Below, one piece after another: positions 1 through 9,692 of a DNA stretch of 64,000 bases. Each line of letters opens with the position of its first letter. Positions within the stretch are counted from its first letter, which is position 1. Under the pieces are notes generated by a model. The model saw nothing but the letters and a program-made list of their open reading frames with translations. It was not told where the DNA came from and searched no databases. The stretch lies in NCBI GenBank assembly GCA_964635905.1, contig CAZWPK010000003.1, forward strand, positions 2,459 through 66,458, in the 5' to 3' direction. The stretch comes from an uncultured Pseudomonadales bacterium. GTDB taxonomy: Bacteria > Patescibacteriota > Microgenomatia > UBA1400 > UBA12028. A program made the position numbers and the translations under genes.

Positions 1-1433
1 GAAACCAAGTTTGTTCCAGTGGTCCGCTGCTCAGAAGTAAGCTTGTAGGTCTCCTTATTTCCTCCATTTTCGATCCGCACGCCATAGGTCGCCTTTCCAT
101 TGTCTGCCATAAATGTAAATGGCTGCCCACTGGTCAAGAATTTATGGAGATTTAACTTGTAACTAAAAACTCCTTGTACAAGCTGCACTGTTTCTATTCC
201 TACTGCGCTTATGGATTGGGAGACGTTAGTGGGCTGAATGCTCAGTTCTAAAGCATTATTCACTGGCGCATTTGCAGAGCTAATCCGTACCCCACTTCGC
301 ACGCTTCCACTCCCCAAAACTCGGAATTTTGTCGAGAGATTGGTGTCATTAAAACCATCTACAAAGGCCACAGCAGAACATGTGCTAGAAAGTTGCGGAG
401 TGGGCTTTGGAGTTGTTGTAGGCGTCAATGGGCTGGTTGACACGGGTGTTGCTGTTACCGTTTTACACTCACAGGTCCCCTGTCCATTCTCCGTTAATCC
501 TCCACAACAAGCTGGTCGAGTTGGTTTTCCACCAACATAGAGTCTATTCACACCATCTCTGGTACAAATATTTTCCGGCTTACTTGCATCCCAACTACAT
601 TTGGCAACATAGGTACTAGTGACACAGCACGTATTATTGATGTTTGAACATGAGCCGTTTCCAGGCATCAATCCTGCCATTCCACAAGCATAGGAAGCGC
701 TTGAAGCTGGATCTTTGTATACACAAACACCTGAAGGACAGTTATTGGCGAGTGCAACAGGAGTTGCACTCGTTACTGGACATGCGGACACATTTGTTTC
801 ACAGCTTAATTTTCCATTACTGCATTTTAACTGTTGACCTGCGGTACAACCTCCTACAGCACAACCTAAAACAGCATTACTTTCGCGACAAAATACTCCG
901 GTTCCAGTATCACCCCAATAACATTGATCAACTCGACAGGAGGCTGATTGGGAAACACACCGAACAACACCATCATTAATATTGTCAGGGTAATATCCTT
1001 GTGAACATGCGCTAATTACTAAATTCTGCGATGAACACCTGTATGAATTGGGTGTTCCATTTTCAACCGAAATTACACCTGTTGGACAGGCTGGAACAGT
1101 ATTGGGATCCAGACATAGTCCTGGAGTCCCAAGTGTTGGATTTGCCGGTACATACACATATCCATTCGAACACACATAATAACCTCGAATTGGAGCTCCT
1201 GTTGCATCAGCAATTGTACATTCAACCGAGTTTAGGATTGCGGGGGTCCCAAAAATTCTGGCCCCTGCGGGACATGCACTTAGCACTGGAGTTTGTGCTC
1301 GCTGAATCAAGCTTTGATCTTGAGCAGCAGCAACGATTGATAATCCCACACCGACAAGAACAAAAAAGAACACAATCATTTTTGACCACAGCTGCTTTGG
1401 AGAATTTGAAAAACGAGAAGACTTTTTTCGCAT
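1..1433 (-). CDS. Cys-rich secreted or membrane-anchored protein, 3' end outside the window (at least 477 aa)
   Basis: Not in the ORF track. Manual translation from ATG 1433 (MRKKSSRFSNSPKQLWSKMIVFFFVLVGVGLSIVAAAQDQ...) stays open to position 1. Basic N-terminus, hydrophobic helix, about 29 Cys (TCC, ACC, CEC), Pro/Thr linker, then a beta-rich region. Confidence 0.85.
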   Translation of the reverse strand, partial: MRKKSSRFSNSPKQLWSKMIVFFFVLVGVGLSIVAAAQDQSLIQRAQTPVLSACPAGARIFGTPAILNSVECTIADATGAPIRGYYVCSNGYVYVPANPTLGTPGLCLDPNTVPACPTGVISVENGTPNSYRCSSQNLVISACSQGYYPDNINDGVVRCVSQSASCRVDQCYWGDTGTGVFCRESNAVLGCAVGGCTAGQQLKCSNGKLSCETNVSACPVTSATPVALANNCPSGVCVYKDPASSASYACGMAGLMPGNGSCSNINNTCCVTSTYVAKCSWDASKPENICTRDGVNRLYVGGKPTRPACCGGLTENGQGTCECKTVTATPVSTSPLTPTTTPKPTPQLSSTCSAVAFVDGFNDTNLSTKFRVLGSGSVRSGVRISSANAPVNNALELSIQPTNVSQSISAVGIETVQLVQGVFSYKLNLHKFLTSGQPFTFMADNGKATYGVRIENGGNKETYKLTSEQRTTGTNLV

Positions 1434-1516
1434 AGAAGTAACGAAATAGCGATACTACTTTTACAATGAGGGAATCAAATATCAAAATCAAGCAGGAGTC
1501 TGAATCATCAAGAGAA

Positions 1517-3850
1517 TTAGAGCTTGGCGCGAACTGCAGTTTCTTGCTCCACCAGATCTCTTGGCTTCCCATATTTCACTCGAGAAAGCTCTCGAATCAG
1601 TTCTGCCCGTTTCGGATCCATCATTTTACGCTCGGCGTCTACATCACGGGTGAGATTCATACTAAATGGTGGCACAGGTTCATTACTGACAATCGTTTTG
1701 ATATAGACGTGAAATTTCTCAATATTGGTCAAATCTGTCTCACTAAAGGTGGGAGCAAACTCATGCTGCAAAAAGTTTGCATCAGGCACACCTACGCGAA
1801 AGGTCACCATAGAACCTACGTTTCCAAATACTGCGTTTTTTACATTTTCTTCAATCTGTGCCACAAACTGATTAGCCACGATTAAATTCAGGCGATACTT
1901 TCGAGCCTCTGACAGAATAACTGCAAAGTCATCAGTGGCGTAATTCTGAAACTCATCAACGTAGAGGTAAAAGTCTCGTCGCTGTTCCATTGGCATATCT
2001 TGTCTGCTCATAGCTGCCGTTAAGATTTTAGGCACAAGAATCAAACCTAAAAACTTTGCATCCTCTTCTCCTAACTTCCCTTTAGAAAGATTGACCAACA
2101 AGATCTTCCCATTATCCATGACGTCGCGGAAATTAAAGGCGCTTTGGCTCTGTCCGATGATGTTTCGCATCACTTTATTGGTAATGAACTTTCCAAACTT
2201 ACTTACGATATAGTCCAAGACTTCTGATTTGTGAAAATCTGAGGTTTGCGCGATTTGATCGGTCCAATAGCGACGAACTACGGGATCTTTTACTTTAGGT
2301 AACAGCTCTTGCACATATTTTTGATCCGTTAAACAACGAACGAGTTCAATGAAGGTGGCCCCTGGCTCGGCCATAATCGTCAACATGGCATTACGGATAG
2401 CGTGTTCGAAACGAGGACCAATAATACCTGTCTTATGGGGGTCATAGAGCTTGTACATGAGCGCGATAATGGAACCTACCACAAAGTGCATTTGCTCTTC
2501 CGTCTCAGCTTCCATGATGTTCATTCCCATGGGTCGCTCTGTATCCGAAGGATTAAAGTAAATCACTTCTTCTGCACGTTCTGGAGGCATTAACTGCAAG
2601 ATGTCCTCCACAAGTTCACCATGCGGGTCCAATACAGCTAGACCTTTTCCTGCTCGAATATCTTGCATGATCATGTCTTTGAGAAATTCAGATTTCCCCG
2701 TACCGGTTTTTCCTACAATGTACATGTGACGTTGACGATCTTTTTCGGCGATGTAGATCTCTTTTTTCTGTCCTCGATACATACTGCTTCCCAAACGCAA
2801 ACCGCTAGTTGGAATGCTTGAAGGAGCTGGGGCGGACTTTGCCTTTAACCAGTTAATATGATGTGTCTCTACTGTCTTGTTGGGAAAGTGCAGCACCGTT
2901 GCTAGTTCCTCTGAGTTCAAAACAAAAGTGCCACGATTAAACAACGGCATGTAGCGATAAATGAAATCGATCATGAATAATTGTTTAAAGAGGATCGATC
3001 CCTTTTTAAATGAATTTGTCGGACTACTAAACTGTGCAAAGGCTCCAATAATGTTGTTTAGATGAGAATTAGCTCTTCGTGCATCGGTTGAATTAACAAC
3101 GATGCGAAGCGAGATCAAAAACCCTGGTTTTCCCGCTTTGGTATCAATGGCATCTAGCTTTTTGGGATCATGCGTATAACTTGCTTTTTCTGGATCTGAT
3201 TCTTTCTTTTTAGTGTTGGCAACGTAGCGTTCGCCCGCTGCCTGCCAGCTACTGCTGGCAGGCTGCAAACAGAATTGCATCACGGCCCCTTCACCATCAT
3301 CCATTTTCGATAATGCAGATGTAATTAAGGACAACCCGTCCGTTGGTAGATCCTTATAGACCTTGATCGGATAAAAGGTGGGACTTGCCAACGTTAACGA
3401 CGCAAAAGCAACTTTTCCTCCCGAAGAAAAAATATTGTATTCGTCGACTTCTTCAATTTCCGCAGATGGATACGCACCATAAATTTGTTTCTCGATTAGA
3501 TCTTTTAAATCCGCAGGGGTTGTGACATAAAAAGCAATATTTTCTTTTAGCGCTACAACTTCAAAAGTGAAATGCTCTTCTGATCGGAGTAAAGAGGTAA
3601 AACCTTCATTTTTTAAGCTATAGAGTGCCGCAAACATTTGCTCTGCAGCATCAATTTTGATTTCGTTGTCTTTAGGCAATAAAACTTTGAGCACTTTAAA
3701 TCCAAGCGAGTATTTCTCTCTGGTTCTAAAGCGAAGCCACTGTAACACCATGTATACCAAAATCGCCCCGAAAATTAAGGGGACTAACACCATCACCAAC
3801 AGTGTAGTGACAGAGGTTGCAGCTAGCGCGAGTTCGACTTCGGGTTGCAT
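1517..3850 (-). CDS. VirD4/TraD/TrwB-like type IV coupling ATPase (HerA/FtsK fold) with N-terminal TM
   Basis: RHMYIVGKTGTGKS Walker A, LDPHGE, FYLYVDEFQNY Walker B, SEARKYRLNLIVANQ. Confidence 0.88.
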   Translation of the reverse strand: MQPEVELALAATSVTTLLVMVLVPLIFGAILVYMVLQWLRFRTREKYSLGFKVLKVLLPKDNEIKIDAAEQMFAALYSLKNEGFTSLLRSEEHFTFEVVALKENIAFYVTTPADLKDLIEKQIYGAYPSAEIEEVDEYNIFSSGGKVAFASLTLASPTFYPIKVYKDLPTDGLSLITSALSKMDDGEGAVMQFCLQPASSSWQAAGERYVANTKKKESDPEKASYTHDPKKLDAIDTKAGKPGFLISLRIVVNSTDARRANSHLNNIIGAFAQFSSPTNSFKKGSILFKQLFMIDFIYRYMPLFNRGTFVLNSEELATVLHFPNKTVETHHINWLKAKSAPAPSSIPTSGLRLGSSMYRGQKKEIYIAEKDRQRHMYIVGKTGTGKSEFLKDMIMQDIRAGKGLAVLDPHGELVEDILQLMPPERAEEVIYFNPSDTERPMGMNIMEAETEEQMHFVVGSIIALMYKLYDPHKTGIIGPRFEHAIRNAMLTIMAEPGATFIELVRCLTDQKYVQELLPKVKDPVVRRYWTDQIAQTSDFHKSEVLDYIVSKFGKFITNKVMRNIIGQSQSAFNFRDVMDNGKILLVNLSKGKLGEEDAKFLGLILVPKILTAAMSRQDMPMEQRRDFYLYVDEFQNYATDDFAVILSEARKYRLNLIVANQFVAQIEENVKNAVFGNVGSMVTFRVGVPDANFLQHEFAPTFSETDLTNIEKFHVYIKTIVSNEPVPPFSMNLTRDVDAERKMMDPKRAELIRELSRVKYGKPRDLVEQETAVRAKL

Positions 3851-3864
3851 ATCAAAAAGAACTG

Positions 3865-4434
3865 TTAATCCTTGCTATATTCTACTTGTCCACCCAACTT
3901 TTTCATCAGATATTTACACCATTCCGATAACCAGCGGACACTATCGTTTACGTTCTTTGACAGTCCCTTTTTCGCATCGGTTTCTCCTAAGGGAAGCACA
4001 TACACCGGTTGGGCGGCAGCAGGAGCAATTGTTGATGCAAGCGCATTGGGATCTGCGATTACAACTTCATCAAGTTTCCCTGGCTGCTCACCACGATTGA
4101 CTTTTTCCATCCAGCTCGCAACTTCTACGGGAATTGGTTCTGTTTCAAAGGAATCACTCCCTGCCATTTCTACAAAGCCAGCAACTTCAGAGGAAATGGG
4201 ACCAAGTTCTTTTCCGCGTGGTGACGAAATTGGAGTAGGTGTAGGAGTAACTGTCGCTGCAGCATCTAAGACTTGTTGGGCTAATGCCGGCGATGGGGCT
4301 ACTTGACTTGTTAAACCATCTGCCACTGGGACTGATGCGATGGTTTGTGCTGGCACCATCGGAGCTGGAACTGGTGAGACGCTCGTAGCGCTAGGTTGCA
4401 CTGGTACTTGGGCAGAAGGATCCATACGGTTCAT
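3865..4434 (-). CDS. Hypothetical protein, Pro/Ala-rich N-terminus with short helical C-terminal domain
   Basis: 189-aa ORF co-oriented between maf and the VirD4-like gene. Confidence 0.7.
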   Translation of the reverse strand: MNRMDPSAQVPVQPSATSVSPVPAPMVPAQTIASVPVADGLTSQVAPSPALAQQVLDAAATVTPTPTPISSPRGKELGPISSEVAGFVEMAGSDSFETEPIPVEVASWMEKVNRGEQPGKLDEVVIADPNALASTIAPAAAQPVYVLPLGETDAKKGLSKNVNDSVRWLSEWCKYLMKKLGGQVEYSKD

Positions 4435-4475
4435 GATAACATGAATGCCTTACCTAAGAACATGGAGCAGAATCT

Positions 4476-5129
4476 CTAATTTTGGTAGGCTTCTGCGTTA
4501 AAATTCCTCGTCACGACCTCTCGAACGTCCACAGGGACTCGAATTCCCATATACTCGAGAGCACTAGCGACAGCTTCTAAAGGTAGCCCAACAACATTAG
4601 AAATACTTCCCTCTACGCGTCTGACAAAGCGTTTGGCTCCTCCCTGGATTGCGTATGCCCCCGCTTTCCCAAATGATTCTCCTGTTGAAATGTATCGATC
4701 CAAATCTTCGTTGCCTAATTCAAAAAATTCTACCGTAGACTTCACTGCCTCGCTATATTGCTGCCCGGTTAAAGGGTCAAGAAGCATAAAGCCAGTTACC
4801 ACCATATGCTTTCGACCTGATAACTGACGCAGGATAGATCTTGCATCGTCTAAATCTTTTGGCTTGCCAAATACAGTATCGTCTAAAAACACTGCGGTAT
4901 CCGCACCAAGAATAATGGGTTGATCATTGGAAGTCTCTGCTAATTTATCAGCCACAGCGAATGTTTTCCCTGCGGCAATCGTTAAGACATAATCGGTTGG
5001 TTCGTCAAGTTCACCGAAAACCACGTCTTCCTCGGGAAAATCACTAGGCATCGTCTCGAAAGGAACACCTAAGAACTCTAACAGGTCTTTGCGACGCGGT
5101 GATGTTGACGCTAATAGGAGTGATCGCAT
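4476..5129 (-). CDS. maf: Maf family nucleoside triphosphate pyrophosphatase (YhdE-like)
   Basis: LLASTSPRR, ILGADT, FGKP, GKAGAYAIQ, SNVVGLP. Confidence 0.95.
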   Translation of the reverse strand: MRSLLLASTSPRRKDLLEFLGVPFETMPSDFPEEDVVFGELDEPTDYVLTIAAGKTFAVADKLAETSNDQPIILGADTAVFLDDTVFGKPKDLDDARSILRQLSGRKHMVVTGFMLLDPLTGQQYSEAVKSTVEFFELGNEDLDRYISTGESFGKAGAYAIQGGAKRFVRRVEGSISNVVGLPLEAVASALEYMGIRVPVDVREVVTRNFNAEAYQN

Positions 5130-5185
5130 CCGAATATCCTACCATATGCTCCTAAACCTAGACGTAACACTACTTTATTTGTAGG

Positions 5186-6589
5186 ATGAATAAACACATG
5201 CGCAACCACCCAAAAAGTAATCACTTACTTTTTCAACTTCTTCCGGTTTTCTTCTTAGTGATCGTCTTAATACTTAGCATTTCAAATATATCTTCAATTC
5301 GGCAGTTTTTAATTGGGGCGCTGGGTGAAGAAGCTAATATTCAGATTCTCACAGCAACCGATATGGGAACGCTGGAAAAACCTTGGAACAACTTTGCTCA
5401 AGGCGGAGAACGGAAAGACTGGAGTATCATCCCCATACGCAGTTCGGTTCGAGCACTTTCTCCTAATTACATTCGCATTGACCACCTTTATGATTTTTAT
5501 GACATCGTCAACAAGAATGGTTCCACACTAACGTTCGATTTTTCTAAACTCGATGTCATGCTGCAAGAAATCCAGTCTGTGTCCGCAACTCCGTATCTTT
5601 CCTTATCCTATACGCCTCCAGCGCTGGCTCCCAATGGGGATATCACCGCTCCACCCGATTGGAACGAATGGAAAATTGTTGTTCAAAAGACCATTGAGCA
5701 TGTGAGCGGAACTCGAGGAATCTCGAATGTTTATTATGAGGTATGGAATGAACCAGATTTGTTTGGGAATTATAAAACGTACGGCGACAGAAATTATTTA
5801 TCCATGTATAAAGCAGCAGCACAAGGTGCACAAAACGCACGAGTGTCGACACCGTTTAAAATCGGTGGTCCTGCTTCAACCGCGCTCTACAAAAATTGGT
5901 TCGATGCCCTCCTCCAATTATCAATTGAAGAAGAACTCCCGCTCGATTTTTTCTCGTGGCATCGCTATAGCAGAGACATTAATCAATACCGTGACGATGT
6001 CAGCAAAGTGCAAGAATGGCTGACAAACTATCCGCAACGATCTTCATTGGAACTTCATCTATCTGAGTGGGGACATGATTCAAATATTGATTCCGGATAT
6101 GACACCACTTTTGGGGCAATTCATACGATGGCCGTCGCTACGGAATTAATTGGAATGGTGGATAAAGCATTCGTCTTTGAAATTCAGGACGGTAACCATC
6201 CTGAAGGAAAGATTCGCTGGGGACGGTGGGGACTACTAGACTCGTCAGGCCAGCCTAAACCTCGCTATGCCGCCATGAATTTTCTAAATAGGTTAGAAGG
6301 AAATCGAGTTCCCCTCTTGGGGAAAGGAAGTTGGGTTAAAGGGGCTGCGAGTCGAAACGGCGACACCATCAACGCGCTGATTATCAATTATGACGCGAAT
6401 GCAGCACACTTTGAATCGGTTCCAATAACCTGGAGAGATATTGTGCCAGGGAGCTATGTTATTGAACAACAGTTTTTTGGCGGTTCTCTGAGTCGAACGA
6501 CGGTTTCCACAACCTCAGCGCAGCTACAAACCGTCATTCCTATGCCAGTCAACAGTGCCGTCTTTTTGCGTCTAACTCCTCAACGATAA
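5186..6589 (+). CDS. Membrane-anchored glycoside hydrolase, GH39-like (clan GH-A)
   Basis: N-terminal TM; YYEVWNEPD acid/base, KIGGPA, DFFSWHRY, LSEWG nucleophile. Start may be ATG 5198. Confidence 0.85.
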   Translation: MNKHMRNHPKSNHLLFQLLPVFFLVIVLILSISNISSIRQFLIGALGEEANIQILTATDMGTLEKPWNNFAQGGERKDWSIIPIRSSVRALSPNYIRIDHLYDFYDIVNKNGSTLTFDFSKLDVMLQEIQSVSATPYLSLSYTPPALAPNGDITAPPDWNEWKIVVQKTIEHVSGTRGISNVYYEVWNEPDLFGNYKTYGDRNYLSMYKAAAQGAQNARVSTPFKIGGPASTALYKNWFDALLQLSIEEELPLDFFSWHRYSRDINQYRDDVSKVQEWLTNYPQRSSLELHLSEWGHDSNIDSGYDTTFGAIHTMAVATELIGMVDKAFVFEIQDGNHPEGKIRWGRWGLLDSSGQPKPRYAAMNFLNRLEGNRVPLLGKGSWVKGAASRNGDTINALIINYDANAAHFESVPITWRDIVPGSYVIEQQFFGGSLSRTTVSTTSAQLQTVIPMPVNSAVFLRLTPQR

Positions 6590-7170
6590 TTTGCTTTATT
6601 TTTTCCTTCTTTTTTTGAAGTCCCCGTGTTCAACACGCCTTCGATATCTCCAACAAACGCGCGGATCACTGATCGATCCGCACGAGCGAGCTGCCGCTGA
6701 ATGCTTATTTCTAACTCAGCGGGATTCACTTTTTCAAGCATGCGCTCCAACTCCTCGTCATTTTCTAGAATTCCCATTTTCTCTTGTACTTTAACCAACA
6801 TTTCCAATGTTTTGGTAATCTCTTGTTCCGCAATGATATTTAATCGAAGATGTAGTTCTTCTCGCAAGGTTGCGATTTGGGCTGCCCTGTTTTGGGAAAT
6901 TAATACAAAAATCGATAACATGATTGCCTCTAATGAAACAAACATTGTCAACAATCCAAACGGAAAGGGATCAAACACAGGGATTCCTGGAACTAGACCA
7001 ATATTAATCCCTACCCATACTGCAAAAAGAGCGATATTGAGGTATAAAAATCCTGGATTTCCCGTAAGAGAGGTTAAGTTGTCCGCAACAACCGTTGACC
7101 AGCTTCGATTCCGAAGCGACTTTGCTTCAAGTGCTTCAAAGATTTGGCGATGTGTATGAAGTGTAGACAT
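6580..7170 (-). CDS. DUF1003 membrane protein
   Basis: FDPFPFGLLTMFVSLEAIMLSIFVLISQNR signature. Confidence 0.9.
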   Translation of the reverse strand: MSTLHTHRQIFEALEAKSLRNRSWSTVVADNLTSLTGNPGFLYLNIALFAVWVGINIGLVPGIPVFDPFPFGLLTMFVSLEAIMLSIFVLISQNRAAQIATLREELHLRLNIIAEQEITKTLEMLVKVQEKMGILENDEELERMLEKVNPAELEISIQRQLARADRSVIRAFVGDIEGVLNTGTSKKEGKNKANYR

Positions 7171-7182
7171 AGTGATGTGTAC

Positions 7183-8289
7183 CTATTTTAAATTTTTTTC
7201 AATTAGTTTTTCGATGTTCTTTTTAAACCTCTCTTCGGAAAACTGACTTGCGTGTTTTTTGATTTGCTCATACTCCCACGTTTGTGATTTTTCAGCTTCA
7301 ATAGCCTTCCATAACCCGTCTTCGGATAAGTCTTCAAAAAGGATGCCTGTTCGATTGGAAATGACTGTCTCTATTGGTCCTCCGGAGTTGTGGGCTATTA
7401 CTGGTGTCCCTGCCATCATACTTTCTACGGGCACGATTCCAAAGTCTTCATCTTTAACCGGGTATAAAACAGCAATTGCTTCAGAATAGAGCGTTGATAA
7501 CGCTGCATCATTGACCGCACCTAGAAACTCCACCGTTGGTCCCGCAATTGCACGAAGCTTCGATTCCATCGCTCCAGTTCCCACGATTTTCAGTGGCAGT
7601 TGATGTGTAGTGGCCATCCGCACCACTAGTTCGGGATTTTTTGCGAATGCAAGTCGGTTGACATATAAATAATAGGATCTGATGACTTTCTTTGAAGGAG
7701 AAGAAGACAGTGACACTGGTGGATAGACGACTACAGCATCGCGCTTATAGAACTTCAAAATCCTTGACTGTGTTTCTTTAGAATTCGCAATCATCACATC
7801 GGGACGCTGCGCCGTAAGGTAATCAATCGAGCGTAACCGATAATTAATCATCTCTCCCACTAGTCGGATGAATGGATTCTTTTTCCAGTTGGTTTGTGTC
7901 GCATATCCATAGAGCGAACGCGGAGGGGTATGACAGTAACAGAGATGGAGTGTCCTCGGGCTCGTGATCACTGCTTTGGCCATATACATGTTTGTAGATG
8001 AAATCACCACATCAAAACCAGAAAAATCAAATGACTCAAAAAAGTAGGCAGCAAACAATCGCAGCGGTGAAAAAAGTTTTCTCATGAAGGGAAGACGCGC
8101 GCCACTACTTTCGATGATGTTCCAATCTTTGAAGCGTTGCCAGTGCTTTCCCATCGCCGTAGGGTCAACGAAGGCGGTATAGACTGGAGCGTCGGGAAAC
8201 AGTGCATGGAGTGACTCTACCACTCGTTCAGCACCACCATATTCTCTTAAATAGTCATGGACAATCGCGATCCGTAAAGGCTTCTCCAT
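7183..8289 (-). CDS. Glycosyltransferase family 4 (GT-B)
   Basis: IAIVHDYLREYGGAERV, YCHTPPR, EDFGIVPVESMMAGTPVIA. Start placed at ATG 8289. Confidence 0.93.
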   Translation of the reverse strand: MEKPLRIAIVHDYLREYGGAERVVESLHALFPDAPVYTAFVDPTAMGKHWQRFKDWNIIESSGARLPFMRKLFSPLRLFAAYFFESFDFSGFDVVISSTNMYMAKAVITSPRTLHLCYCHTPPRSLYGYATQTNWKKNPFIRLVGEMINYRLRSIDYLTAQRPDVMIANSKETQSRILKFYKRDAVVVYPPVSLSSSPSKKVIRSYYLYVNRLAFAKNPELVVRMATTHQLPLKIVGTGAMESKLRAIAGPTVEFLGAVNDAALSTLYSEAIAVLYPVKDEDFGIVPVESMMAGTPVIAHNSGGPIETVISNRTGILFEDLSEDGLWKAIEAEKSQTWEYEQIKKHASQFSEERFKKNIEKLIEKNLK

Positions 8290-8395
8290 GGCTTCATTGT
8301 ACCATCGTACGCGCCAAAGCACGTGTTAATACCCTAGCTTCTAGGCTCTGGATTATGTTTGTTATTTTCCCGGATACAACGTTAAAATAGACACC

Positions 8396-9682
8396 ATGCC
8401 ACAAACACAGCGACGGGTCGGGATCTATGCTTGGGGTGGTCCGGGGACAGTTCGCCTATTACAAACCAAATACCCTAACCCCAAGATTGATGACGCATCT
8501 TTTCTTCAGCTCTACGACTTAACAACGCTTTCGCAACTAAAAAAGCTTTTTGGCGTCACCGATGCGTGGGTTACCTATTCATGGGGTTTTTCCGAGGAAA
8601 AAGAACAAGAAGATTATTCTTTTTTACGAGACCGTCTACCAATTTTTAAACAACTTGGAATTAAAACGCATGCCTACGTTCAAGGTTTAAATGTCGTAAC
8701 ACAAGATTTTTGTGATCAGGATCTATTTTGCCGAGATGGCTGGGGTGCAATCGTGCCGTATAGCAAAGGACGCTCGTTTATCTGCCCGAATAATCCCGCG
8801 GTGCTTTCGTTACTACGCCACCGTGTAACACAAGCAAGTAAAGAAAACACCGACGGAGTCTTTGTTGATAATATCCTTTTTGGTCTCCCTCCCTTCACGG
8901 TGCATTCAGATATTTTGCCGTTTTTTGGATGCTCTTGTCGTCATTGCCAAAAAAAGTTTGAATCAGAATTTGGGTATCCTCTTCCTCTCAAGGAGAAACG
9001 CGACAATCAAATTTCAGATTATTTAGTTTTTCGAGAAAATAGTGTGTCACGACTTCTTGAGGCTTTGGCTGCTATTGTCCATAACCATCAAAAAGAGTTT
9101 GGCATCAATCTGTATGACCCCTACTTAAGAAATGACGTTCTCTTCTATGGGTATCGCTTAGAAGCGATACAACCTTTTCTTGACTACTTGTTAATCGAGA
9201 ATCATTCCTTACCCTCACAATCAAATCAGAACAATGCTCACTTGCTTCCCTTGATCTTGAATTCGAATAAACCCGTCTTTATCGTCTCCTATAAAAACGG
9301 GATTGGCTTTGAACGTCAATTCAGTCAGAACGATTTTAATGCGATTGCAAGTGAGAGTGATCAGTTAGGGTATCAGCCGTGTTATAAGGTCACCGAGTTC
9401 ACAACGAATGGGAAATGGCACACCCTCGATTGTCGCCAGATTAAAACAGTACAACCACAACGTCAAACAACTACCACAAAAGTGTCTTTACCACAGCGTC
9501 TTCAATGTAGTAAAAGGCGCGATCGAGCCCTGATTCAACTCGTACAAAAACATGTCAGCGCCGCCTCTAGTCTTATCCATGAAAAGAAATGGATTTGGGC
9601 AGTCGCATCAAGAACAGGCGTGTATAAAAATCAGCTTAAAAAAACCCGACTCTACACCCCTTTTCAGGGAGTGGAAAGATAG
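8396..9682 (+). CDS. Hypothetical glycoside-hydrolase-like TIM-barrel protein
   Basis: GIKTHAYV, ICPNNP, DGVFVDN, CSCRHCQKKF resemble GH42/GHL6/GHL10-type barrels; family uncertain. Confidence 0.6.
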   Translation: MPQTQRRVGIYAWGGPGTVRLLQTKYPNPKIDDASFLQLYDLTTLSQLKKLFGVTDAWVTYSWGFSEEKEQEDYSFLRDRLPIFKQLGIKTHAYVQGLNVVTQDFCDQDLFCRDGWGAIVPYSKGRSFICPNNPAVLSLLRHRVTQASKENTDGVFVDNILFGLPPFTVHSDILPFFGCSCRHCQKKFESEFGYPLPLKEKRDNQISDYLVFRENSVSRLLEALAAIVHNHQKEFGINLYDPYLRNDVLFYGYRLEAIQPFLDYLLIENHSLPSQSNQNNAHLLPLILNSNKPVFIVSYKNGIGFERQFSQNDFNAIASESDQLGYQPCYKVTEFTTNGKWHTLDCRQIKTVQPQRQTTTTKVSLPQRLQCSKRRDRALIQLVQKHVSAASSLIHEKKWIWAVASRTGVYKNQLKKTRLYTPFQGVER

Positions 9683-9692
9683 TGACACGCTA

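Noticed and set aside
238-1885. Plus-strand ORFs 238-540, 428-619, 644-979, 1031-1435, 1466-1885 and minus-strand 1222-1572
   Set aside because: Shadow frames of the Cys-rich gene and the VirD4-like gene; no motifs.
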